From Geosiphon pyriformis uo1 (lineage: Eukaryota; Fungi; Glomeromycota): a stretch of 64,000 bases of DNA. Both the position numbers and the translations under genes were made by a program. The notes beneath the pieces are model-generated. The model saw only the letters and a program-made list of their open reading frames with translations. It had not been told where the DNA came from and ran no database searches. Positions 11,220-22,962 of the stretch are shown one piece after another; the stretch's first letter is position 1, and each line of letters starts with the position of its first letter. The stretch lies in contig JAAOMT010000040.1 in the NCBI GenBank assembly GCA_016748015.1, positions 310,001 to 374,000 on the forward strand, in the 5' to 3' direction.

Positions 11220-14200
11220 GTGGCAGAATCTGAAGAAATAGGAACAAACCATTTAGGATTTGCAAAATCCTTATTCCAACACTATTACACTCATTTCGGA
11301 TTAACAAATAATAGTTGGCCAACCAAATCAGCTTTTAATTGCTACATTAACAAAAGAATAGTATATTACTTGGAAGACCAAGAAGATCCAGAATTTACTT
11401 TCAACAACTTCTTTAGTGAATTACTCCAAAGCACCATCTTTCCACAAAATTATCTATTTGCACCCCTAATTACAGAAATAAACAGGGAAATTGAAAAATA
11501 CACCAAACAGAGATTTCTTATCACTTTTGCAAACAAAAGCAAAGAAAGGCTACAAACACCAGCAGGAACACCAAAGCAAATCCAACTACCCACTTGGAAG
11601 AAACAAAAATTTAATTTACCTGCTAATACATCATATTACTATATACTTGGAAGCACTATCAATATAATAAACATAGCTACAACAAGCGCGACAATGCCAC
11701 TAAACAGAATCCCATTCCAAAGTAAACAAAAAAAGGCAGAGTTATTAGGAACATACAGTGATTATTTCGAGAGATTTAAATCATGATCCCCAACACCATC
11801 AGGAATTTGATTACTACCACCACAACCAGATTTCAGAGCCATTAGTCCTTGGGAAATAACCGACTCCAAGGAAGAAGAGAGTAGTAATCAGGAAGTTAAT
11901 AAGCAAAACCCAATTATAGAACATTCAGAAATTAAAACTTTGGTTAATCAAACTTCAGAAAATCAGAATAATCAAAATTCTGACATAATTAATCAGCACT
12001 TACCTCCAGTAATTGTAATCAATCCATCACCAGTTCTACCAAACACCCAACAGCAACAACAGCCACAACTGCTACCTCAACAACAAATTCAGCAGCAACT
12101 ACAACCCAACTTAGATTCAATGGCATATGTACCAATAGTCAAACTCGAAAAATTCACTGGTGAAGAAGACAATGCCCAAGTATGGCTAAATGATGTGGAA
12201 AAAGCCATTGCAGCTAATAGATGGAATGATGCCTGAGCCATGCAAGTCATTCCATATTTTCTCCAGAATACTGCTAATTCATGGTACCAAAGTCTGATCA
12301 ACAAACCCCAAGATTTCAATACATTCAAAATTGAGTTTTTAAGATACTTTAGCAACAATAACAGCATTAACAGACTAGCAAACACATTTACTACCATCAA
12401 ACAAGGAGAAAATGAAGCAGTCACTACTTATTTAAGATGCTTCCACAAAAATTTGTGCCAGATCCAAGCCATTAATGCCAATTATTTCATAGTGGCCCAG
12501 ATCCTAAATCAGTTTATTTGTGGATTATGCAGTAGTATTCTACAATGCATATGTTTATTGCATGTTATCAATCTGCAAGCAGCCATCACAAATGCCCGAG
12601 ATTTTGAAGCTGCTGAACTTAAAGCTAACCATGCCCAAGCCATTAACCTAGTAATGAATAGATTATCTGAATTGGATTCCAAATTGAAACAATTTAGTGA
12701 TTCCATCAATCAGAAATTAGAGAGATACTTAGCTAACAATTGCACAATTTATCAACCATTACAACAACACAATAATTCTGGAAACATGAATCATTTCTAG
12801 AATCAGTCACATCTATTATTGTCAACCAATCAACAGTGGCAACAAGAAATGCGTGTTTGCCACTATTGTGATAAACAAGAACACCTACAAATTGATTGCC
12901 ACCATCACTTAAATAACCAACAATCAGGAAATCAATATCAAAACTCTGATCACTGGTTTCAAATTCTGAATAACCTATCAAACTCAGAGCCATATCATTA
13001 GAATTACATACCTATAACACAGCAGCCACTTTATCATCCATCAGTATATCAAGTGCCAATTTATTAATTGACAATACCAACAATTTATCAGCTGCAGTCA
13101 CAACTCATTTATCAGCTGCAGTCTCAGATAATCTATCAGCTTCAACAAATTCAAACACCGCCACAGAACTTACCTCAAAACAGAACCCAAGGGCCAAAAT
13201 TGACCCAACAAAGCTGGAGATCATTGATGGTAGTTCACTAACCAATCCCCAGTTTTTCCACACAACCAGCAGAATTTTGACAATGGAATTTGGGCACCGA
13301 GTACACCCAAAACCTGAATTTTCAGAACTATTTAAGTCTTCTGGTTACCATAGAAAACACCCAACCCAATAATCTGGAGACCAACCAACAACCAACACTT
13401 ACCAGCAACATTCCGCCAGCTATCATCACTGAGAACAAATCACTGGATGCTATCTTCCCATTTAAACTCGAAGAACTGTTGACCACACCATTATTTAGTG
13501 GAGCTGCTCTAAAAGAAAAACCTATTACAGTCATGTATACTGATGCCAAAGTTGATGGCCACTTCATCAAACTGATCCTAAACAGTGGATTAGCTGGCAG
13601 CATTATTACAAAACAACTCATAGACCAATTAAGTCGCCAAGTTGATTGTGCTGCCAACACCAGAATCATAACCACCAATAAAGCAACAAAAACTCCCATT
13701 GGTAAGATTGACGACTTCTCCATCAAAGTCAATGATATTATGGTTCCAATCAAAGTACTGGTCATGGAAGCCACCCAATACCAAGCACTTGTTGGGAATG
13801 ATTGGCTATCCAAAACCAACGCATTGTTTGATTAGAATATGCAGAAGCTTCAAATTAGTCAGAACAGCTGACACACATGCATACCAGCTATGTGTAGCCA
13901 TTTTAAGACCACCAACTTGACAACTCCACTTATTGAATTCAAGGAAGAGAAGAAGAAACCTACTTGAAAAGCCTACCAAGTTTCCTGGGCCAATATTGAA
14001 CACAATAAACTGCTGCCAGTACCTTTGTGGGACAACAACAGCAAAAAAAAGCAGAGTAAAGAACTTACCTGGAAAGCCAACCAAGCCTGGGAAACTAACA
14101 ATGACCAGAAAGAACAAATAAATTGGAAATGGAAAGAAGACAAAAAGAGAAAAGAAAAGAGGAAGAAAGAAAAACCAACAACCGACAGCAACTCCACTTA

Positions 14201-17200
14201 TAATTCCTACACTACACCCTACCAATCCACTTATCATTACCCAAAACTGGTATGTGTCAATTGTGGCAAGAAATTGTCGTTAATGGGCACTTGTTGTAAT
14301 GACGATGAGAAATACACTTTGGCAACAAAATTCTACTGCTGCTCATGTGTTATTGAACACTTTGGAAGGCCAAAACGGGTTGGAAAATAGGACAATGAAT
14401 CATGTTTGGCTTGTGGAGAAACTCTTCTAGATGAAGAAATGTGGAATGACATTCCTGGGCAAAAAAAAACATGTAATAAATTGTGTTAATACACGATTCT
14501 CATAAGTGACTGGGTGAGGAAAAAAATGCCCATAAACGCTGCCTGGAGATGAGCTTTCAAATGTTTGGATGGATGTTCACATGACAATGACAAAATTTGG
14601 TGAATAGCACTTGCCAAAATCAAAGGAGCGACACCAGAAGAAATAAAAACAATTAAAAATAATCTATCTGAACCTATAGAACTCAACTGGGACCCAAAAC
14701 CAGTCATAAATCTTCTAAATCCAGAACAATTCCATGAACATTATTAAGAGCTAGCACCTATGAGAAAAAAGCAGAAGCAACACTTGGAAGAAATCAACAC
14801 TTAACTATGTGACCACTGTTTGATTCCATATGACTTTCAATATTGTAATAAGTATGACCTCATTTACAATCTACCACTACACATGATTTACATAATTCCA
14901 GAGGAAAAAAAACCAATCAGCAACTGTGCATTGGAATCAGAATCAATTTTCAATCTCGATTCAAACTCCAACAATGATGATAATAAAAATAATAGTTCTA
15001 GCTCTACTCAAAATTGCAACAAAAATATCAGCAATTCAGACTCTGATTTAAATCCCAAAATATATATTGCACTTCCTAATCTATCTAAGGAACAGAAACT
15101 CAAATAGTATAGTAACAATAATGAAGATATCATGCCAGAACACATGCATAATACCAACGCAGAGTTTGATCTGAGATATCTGGGAAAAAAAGCCATCAAA
15201 TTGAAACCAAATTTGCACATATATATTGATCTCAAAATAGCTTTGGAAATTTTAACAACAATCATGGTTTAATTAGCATTTAGAAGTAGCCTAGCAAAAA
15301 AAGGAATCAACATCAGAGGAGAAATAATTAACACAGGATATATAGGAAATATTATTGCTATGCTACAAAATGACTCTGAAAAGACCTATATCATAGAGCT
15401 AAATGAAAAAATAGCACAAGCAATATTTCTACCTCTGGTAAAAATAGCTCAATTAGTGTCAGTAGGAAACAGAGAAGAATTAGGGATTATTGCTAAAGAA
15501 ATACAGGAATTCGGATCAACAGGTAGAATAGACATACCAGTTAATATAGTAGAGGAAGAGGTTATTGACAAATAAGAAATTATTTCAACCCGTCAATCAA
15601 TTTCTATTCTACCATATAACCAGTATATGTTACCTATAAAAAGAGAAATAAAGAATCAGGCTCAGTTGTTTGAAGCAGAAGTCACCATTTGTGAATTAGG
15701 GGAGATTGGACTTACTAATCTCTATATATCAGCCAAAAGCCCTAAAAACATCAAAATTCCCATCTACAACACAACCAGAAGTATTATTGAAATACCAAAG
15801 AGAACTATTATTGGATATTTGACTACTGAAGTTGAGGATTAACCACCAAATTACATTCCAGATTTTCTACAGCTTTGCAGATATGTGGACATTACATCAT
15901 AAACCATCTACAGACAAAGTAAATGTTATCTACTCCAACCAGAACAATTGGAACAGATGAACATGAGGAATCTAGATTCACTTCAATGGATGCAATTCAA
16001 GATGTTACTCAACAATTTCAATGACATCTTTGCTAGCAAAAATGAATTTGGCTGAACCAACATCATCCGGCATCAGATCAAGACTGAAGATGCAATGCCA
16101 ATTAAACAAAGAGCATACAGAGTACCACCAGCTAGCCATGAGATCATTTATTAAGAAATCAACCAGATGCTTGACAATAGACTAATTCAGCCATCAATGA
16201 GTCTATGGTCATCACCAGTAATACTAGTTCATAAGAAGAATGAAAAAATCCATTTTTGTGTAGACTACTAAAAACTGAATGGAGTAACAAAAGGTGATAG
16301 CTATTCAACTCCAAAGATCCAAGAACTATTTGACACTTTTGGAGGAAATAAATGGTTTTCAATACTGGACTTAGATAGTGGTTATTAACAAGTAGCCATG
16401 AATCCAGCTAACAAAGAAAAAACAGCATTCACCACAAGAAAAAAAAATTTTGAGTTTGAAGTCATGCCATTTGGCTTGATGAATGCTCTAGCAACATTCC
16501 AATAACTCATGGAAATTGTCTATACTGGATTACTATAAAAATCAGTAGTCATATACTTGGATAACACCAATGTGTTCTCAAAAACATTTGATAATCATTT
16601 GTATTATCTCCAACAAGTATTCAAAAGATTAAAAAGAGCTAGATTGAAACTAAATGCAATTAAATGTTTCTTTAGAAAAACTGAACTCAAGTTTTTGGGA
16701 CATGTAATGAGCAAAGATGGAATCAAAACAGATCCAGACAAGATCAAAGTAGTTAAGAACTTTCCAGTACTAGCCAACTTGTCAGAATTAAGAGCATTTT
16801 TGGAATTTACAAACTACTATTGCTGCTTCATCAAGAACTTTTCTAAACTAGCTCAGCCACTTCACCATCTACAAACCAAGAATATGAAGTATAAATAGAC
16901 TGAAGCTTAACAAGAAGCATTCGACACATTGAAAAAAAAGCTTATCCAAGCTCCAGTATTGATGTATCCAAATCACAACAAACCATTCATCATTACTATT
17001 GATACATCAGGTCAAGCATTGGGAGCAGTATTATCACAGAAAGGACCTGATGGAAGAGAGCATCCAGTAGCTTACACCAGTAGAAGTTTAAGTCCAGCTG
17101 AAAAAAACTATGGAACTTTAGCACTGGAACACTTAGCAATCTATTGGGCTGTCATTAAATGGAAAAAATACTTAAGCCAAAAGTTTGAAATATATACAGA

Positions 17201-17357
17201 TCACAAAGAATTGACTTCAATTCAGAAACAAGAATTTGCAGACAATTGCCATGCCAGATAGAAAATAGAACTTTTACCATTCAATTATATAGTACATTAT
17301 AAAAAGGGAAAAGACAATGAAAATGCTGATAGATTGTTGCGAATAAGACAAATCTAA
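11220..17357 (+). pseudogene. gag-pol: B ORF1: single-frame gag-protease-Cys-rich-dUTPase-RT-RNase H polyprotein with nonsense mutations
   Basis: ORF fragments at 11220, 11940, 12240, 12819, 13290, 14025, 14820, 15360, 15627, 16557 and 16929 share one frame. Motifs: CHYCDKQEHLQIDC, LILNSGLAGS, YLDNTNV, IDTSGQALGAVLSQ, YTDHK. Confidence 0.92.
15100..15530 (+). pseudogene. dut: Trimeric dUTPase domain in B pol
   Basis: Five dUTPase motifs in order: AEFDL, RSSL, GEIINTGYIG, KIAQAI, EFGSTG. Confidence 0.88.
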
Positions 17358-17387
17358 AAACATTTCAACCCAAAAATATAATAAAAG

Positions 17388-18763
17388 ATGAACACACAAA
17401 AATACCAACAACTTCAGCATTATATAAATACTTAATCATTCAAGGAGAAATTATCTCAAAAAGAACAAAACAACATAAAACAGCAATCAAAATATTTCAT
17501 CAATTATCAAAATATACTTTACTGGAAAAACAGAAGAAATCCAGACCAACCAACCAAAGTAATTACAAAATCAGAAAAAGAAACAATATTGTTTAACATG
17601 CACTCAGATCCAACAGCAGGATATTTTTATAAAAAAGCAACCATAAAAAGAACCAGAAAAAAATATTATTGGCCATCAATGTATCCAGACATCATCCAAT
17701 ATGTTTAAAGTTGTAATGCTTGTTAAAGAAAAAGTGGAACAAAATTTAGTGAACCATTAAGACCAATCAAAGTAGGACAACTATTTGATTACATTGGAAT
17801 TGACTTAGTCAGACCATTAACAATCACCAGTAAAGGCAACAAATATATTGCAGTAGTTATGGACTATCTCACAAAATAGCCAGAAGCAAAAGCCATTCAA
17901 AGAGCAGATGCAGAATCCATTGTCAAATTCATCTATCAAAATTTGATATGTCAACACGGATGTCCAAAAGAACTACTATCAGATCAAAAAATTCATTTTG
18001 TGAATAAAACATTAACAGAATTAAGTCAGAGATTTGGGATAAAAAGACCATTATCATTATTATATCATCCACAAACTAATAGACTAGTTGAAAGATTCAA
18101 TAAAACATTGTGTAAAGCAATCACCAAAATCAGTCAAAAAAACCAAGATGAATAGGATTTGTTTATACCATCAGTATTATTTGCTTATCGAACAATAAGA
18201 CAAGATACTATACAAACAACACTATTTAAATTAGTATATAGTAGAACAGCAACATTACCAGTTGAGATAGAGGTCAACACATATCCAACTGAACCAATAA
18301 CAGAAGCTAATTTCTAAGAAACATTGTTGAGAAGAACATATGACCTAATAGAACATTAGAAAACAGACAATGAAAAGCAGCTGATAACATTCAAAAGTCT
18401 CAAGAAAAACAAAAAAAACAACATGATAACCAATTACCAGATAAATCAGTTGAATTCAAGATTAGAGACAAAGTACTTCTACATCATACCAAAGTGGAAA
18501 AACAATGGAGTGGAAAATTTGACCCCAAATGGGATAGACCATTTTACATAGAAAAAATTCTTGGAAATAGAACTTATAAATTAAGATGGGACAACAAAAT
18601 CTTAACCAAAGCAGCACATGGTGATTGACTGAAACCATATTACCAAATAGCATTATCATTTACCAATAACATTCCATAATTGGAAATACAATGAATACTA
18701 GTTCAACCAGAGGAGATTCCATGAGATCTGGAACCAATCATAATCATTGGACCAAACACGTAA
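17388..18763 (+). pseudogene. int: B integrase (HHCC-DDE-SH3-like), starting at its own ATG
   Basis: MHSDPTAG..YYWP..CNAC, IGIDLV, ELLSDQ, HPQTNRLVERFN, WSGKFDPKWDRPF; ends DLEPIIIIGPNT*. One 1-nt deletion near 18350. Confidence 0.9.
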
Positions 18764-18772
18764 AATCAAACA

Positions 18773-19361
18773 ATAAAAGAGTATATAAAAACACAGTATA
18801 CATGACAAAGGCAACCAAGAAAAAAAATGGAAATACCAAATCATATTTACATTATAGCTCAACAATTATTCCAGGCCTTAAGTCAACAACTTTAAGGCAT
18901 AGAAATTATCGTTAACAACCAAACAATTTGCTATCAAAACACCAAAAAAAAGACAAAGAATACACCATATTAGCAGTTACCAAAAAAAATTGGAAGCAAT
19001 GGACAGAACAACTTCCAATATCATACTGTTACTACCAGTTAGATTGAAAGTTAAATATTCAAGAGTTGTATATCAACAAATCCAAGAAGATATTTAACCA
19101 AAACATAATACAACAAATTGAAGAATTTATTGGGAAAAAGACAAACTCAACACTACATATGAGAACAATTTACTGACTGCACAATATATTTCAGAACTAT
19201 CCAGAAATACTGTTATACTCTAACATAGAAATCATAACCATTAACCAATGGGGAAAAATGTACAAGTAGAAAACATAAAAAATAAAGTCAAACAAACAAT
19301 ACTAGAAAAAGAAGTATTAAAGCTAATTCAGAATGAAGATTTTGATGGAGCTCAATATTAA
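18773..19361 (+). pseudogene. B ORF3, unknown function
   Basis: Reconstructed QQLFQAL..EIIVNNQTI and YYQLD*KL..MRTIY*LHNIF align with D ORF 32787-33233; ends DFDGAQY* at the PPT. Confidence 0.7.
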
Positions 19362-19375
19362 AAAAGAGGAGATAA

Positions 19376-20236
19376 TATTACTCATAAAAAGAAAAACAGA
19401 TATAGGGAGAATAGTAGACCAATGAATGAATAGTATGTAGCACATGAGCATATTGCTCAGCAATATAGAGCAATAATAGAAATTATGACATATTGCTCAG
19501 CAATATAGAGCAATATCAGAAAACACAGCACATTGCTCAGCAATATGGAACAATGTTAGAAAATTAGAGCACATTGCTCAAAAAATCATAGCACATTGCT
19601 TAAGAATGTAAACGATCTTATAGAACATTAATTATGTATATATAGCAGTAGTGTTAAAAATAGAAAGATAAGAATCTTTTAGTTAGAAATCTTCCATCCA
19701 CAAATATTAAATAAATAAATCATTTACTATCCAAATCCACTCTCCACTATCAACACTTTATGTTGATAGTAATTGATATTTAACTATGCTAGAACAATAG
19801 CTCTTGATCACAGCTATTGACAAGATACTAATGTGCATATTGCCTTGGCTCATTTCTTTATTTTCTTTTATTTCTTTCTTTCTTTGATTTTTACTGTCAT
19901 ATACTAACTGATTAAGGATTAAAGTGCTGAGTAATTGATATCATAGATAGTCTGGTAAAAGACCCAAAAATAAGGGTAAAATTATATATATATTAACGGA
20001 TAGCTTACCAGAAGGGCACAACTGCCAGAATAAACCAGTCACCAAACTGAAAACAGAAATTGGAAACACAACTCACCAACCAACTACATCATCATTGAAT
20101 CTCTGTTCATTATACAAAAAACTCAACTCTAAAATCTTCAGATATAACTAACATACTAGTATTACCAGCATTGTTAAGATATTGAGCACCAAGTTATTGT
20201 TATTTGATTTGAGACTCCAAATAATCATTTGTAACA
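19376..20236 (+). repeat. 3' LTR of B
   Basis: Preceded by PPT AAAAAAGAGGAGATAA; ends TGTAACA. Confidence 0.95.
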
Positions 20237-20299
20237 CCACCAAAAATTATCTACTATTTAATTAAAATAAACACCAAAACACATTAACACCTAATATAT

Positions 20300-20917
20300 T
20301 GTTACGGGTTGGAGTAACAAGCTAATGGATAGCAAGAGAGAACAGGATTGTAGGGTGATAGAAATAATCAAAGAGAATTCAACTTTAAAGAGCGAATTAA
20401 ATGAATATGGATTCAATGTGCAAGATTAGTCTCATAAAATATCTCAGTCGCTATTCTTTTTAAAGGTAACTGGGGAATCTGAAGGTAGAGGGATAGTCTG
20501 TACTGTTAACAATTGATAACTGCTGGTATAATTCTATGCCTCATGTCAGCACTTTTAGAATTCAATATCAGGTATCAACTTGTGTTCTTCAGTCACATTT
20601 ATTTAAATAATCTTCAAATACTACAATTATATATGTCAGGAAAAGGCCAACAAGTAATTTTTTATCCTAAGATGTTCGGATACTTGAAGATAGGGAAAGA
20701 GAAATTAGCAATAAGAGAGTGATTGAGATGAAAGTTGTTATTTTTATTTATTTGATTCTTGTCTGAGAGATGATTTTCTACAACTAAGAGACTCATTGCT
20801 TATATAGCTAATGAAAGTGGTCAATGATCACTATCTAAAAATAGAGTGACTAATTATATAACATCAGTGACTAATACATGTGATAACTAATAAAAATTAT
20901 GGGTTTCAACCATAACA
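20300..20917 (-). repeat. 3' LTR of C
   Basis: TGTTACGGG...CCATAACA; direct repeat of 27252-27905 lacking 36 bp. Confidence 0.95.
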
Positions 20918-21542
20918 TTATCTTCTCCAAAAAGATTGAGCTCTGGCAAAATCAAGCTATTTATAGGGTATTCTAATTGAAGGTTTTTGTCTAACTCAAA
21001 ACTAACTAGTTTGTTGAAGTTTTTTGTGGATAAAATATATAGTACTTGAGGCGAAATAAGCTTTGTATCCAAGAGACCAAATCTTTGTATAAGAGTTTTG
21101 GCTCTTCTTGCAATGGTCAAAACTCTTGGAACATCTAAACATATAATGCCCAAAATTTCACTTGTATCTCTGAAGTTGTTTTTTTTATGAGCTTCATTTC
21201 TTCTATGATTTCACCAAGACAACCATAGAGTTCTAGTTGCCTTTTATATGACAAGTTTTTGTCTATGAGCAAGATTTTCTTAATCGTTTTTCCAATTGTC
21301 ATGGAAGGTGTAAGTATTGCTGCTGTTATGCTTTCCAGCAAATACTTATCCATTTTGCTACCAATTTTTTCTCTTCTGGTAGTAATTTTCTTTGGTCTAA
21401 TAACAGTATGTGTTCTACTGTTATTAGTTATAGTGGTTTGTTTTCCAATAGTCAGAGTAGCATTTGGATAATTTTTGATCCAGTACTCATGGAGAGTGTA
21501 GAAAGCGTTTTGAATGTTTTGATTTAGAAAATAATTGTTCAT
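20887..21542 (-). pseudogene. C ORF3, unknown function (frameshifted near 21150)
   Basis: ORFs 21135-21638 and 20887-21153. LYGCLGE..IARRAKTLI..LYILSTKNFNKL parallels the ORF3 pattern of B, D and E. Confidence 0.65.
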
Positions 21543-21583
21543 GTTGATTGAAGATACCTCTGTTTTGGGAATGGTGCATTTAT

Positions 21584-22897
21584 TTATATCTGATTTTTGT
21601 TGATCATTTGGGTCGGTATTACCACAACAGGTAACCAATCAGGTTGTTTGTGATATTTTTTGAGTTGTATATCATGAACAAGGCGATCATTAAAGATTGT
21701 TCCATTTTGATCTTGTAAGATATAAGAACTATTGTTCAAAACTTTGTTGACTATAAAGGATCCTTTCCACCAGCTAGAGAATTTATCACCATAGATATTG
21801 TCTCTGTCTGAATAGTATTCTAAAACTAAGTCACTAATACTTAAGGAAAGTGTTTTATATGTTTTTTTTTTCTTAAGCTTCTCTTGGAATTGTTTTATCT
21901 TTTCAAAAGCAATTATCCGTGTTTTTACCAATGAGTCAAGAATGGTACCAAGTCTTTTTTGCAAAATGTCCTTGTAATCTCCTATTGTTATTTCATCAAA
22001 AGGTATTGTTTCTATATCTGTTTCTATTGGTAAAGTTGCCATTCGTCCATAGAACAGATAAAAGGGTTCATAACTTTTTATGTCATAATTCACAGTTCTG
22101 TAGGCGAATAAAGCTGAAGGCAATACTTTGTCCCATAGGTTGGTTTCTTTACTGGTTTTGGCTAGGGTTTCACATAGTGTTTTATTGAAACGTTCCACTA
22201 GGCCATTTGTTTGGGGGTAATAAGGGGAAGAGAGTTTATGATGTATTTCCATTTTTCTGCAAAGTTCTTCAACCAGTGTATTGAGAAAAGCTCTTCCTCT
22301 ATCAAATAAAAGTTCTTTGGGGCAGCTGTGACAACAGATAATATTTTCATAAATGAAATTGGCAATTGAGACTGCTGTTTGATCTGGGGTGGCTCTTGTT
22401 TCTACTCACTTTATAAGATAGTCGGTAGCTGTGATAATGTATCTGTTGCCATCAGGAGTTACTGTTAAAGGTCCAACAACATCTATACCAATTCTGTCAA
22501 ATAGTTGACCAACAGAAATCAAATAGATATCTTTCTTGTGATTGGGTTTTCCTCTTCTTTGGCAGATATCACAGGTTTTAATGTATTCAGCAATGTCTTT
22601 TTCCAAGGTAGGCCAATAATAATGAGCTAAAGTTTTCTGAATCGTTTTTGTTTTTCCAAAGTGTCTAGCTAATGGATCAGTGTGCATATTGTAAATTACA
22701 ATTTTTCTTTCTTCAAATCTAATGACTCTCTGGGAATGGTCAGAATCTTTTCTATTTCTTTTATATAATTGGTTTTGGCGAATCAAATAGAAATTTGATT
22801 GTTTGCACAAATGTTCTCTTTGCTGTCGAGTATAGTCTGGCGGGTATTGTCTTTTACCCAAAAATTTCATTAAGGCAGAGTAGTTGTCCAAGTCCAT
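21584..22897 (-). pseudogene. int: C integrase as a separate ORF
   Basis: ORFs 22406-22897 and 21584-22252 share one frame: H..H..CDIC, IGIDVVGPL, YPQTNGLVERFN; ends WLPVVVIPTQMINKNQI*. Confidence 0.92.
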
Positions 22898-22962
22898 TAT
22901 TGTGTTTGTTTGTGGGGGAGTTACAAATAATTAAGTTGGTTTGGTTTGAGAGAGTTTTACTA

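Larger units (their letters stand above)
10273..20236 (+). mobile_element. Ty3/gypsy LTR retrotransposon B, full-length, dUTPase-bearing
   Basis: LTRs 10273-11157 / 19376-20236, TSD CTAC/CCAC, PBS 11160-11176, PPT 19360-19375, domain order gag-PR-RT-RH-IN. Confidence 0.95.

Noticed and set aside
11220-17357. Alternative genetic code (TAA/TAG read as Gln) explaining the in-frame stops
   Set aside because: Stops also replace Trp and Arg codons, differ between copies and come with catalytic missense changes. Transition decay explains them.
20513-20722. 69-aa ORF repeated at 27465-27674
   Set aside because: It is antisense within the LTR, has a TTG start, is repeated only because LTRs are, and is not intact in A or the solo LTR.
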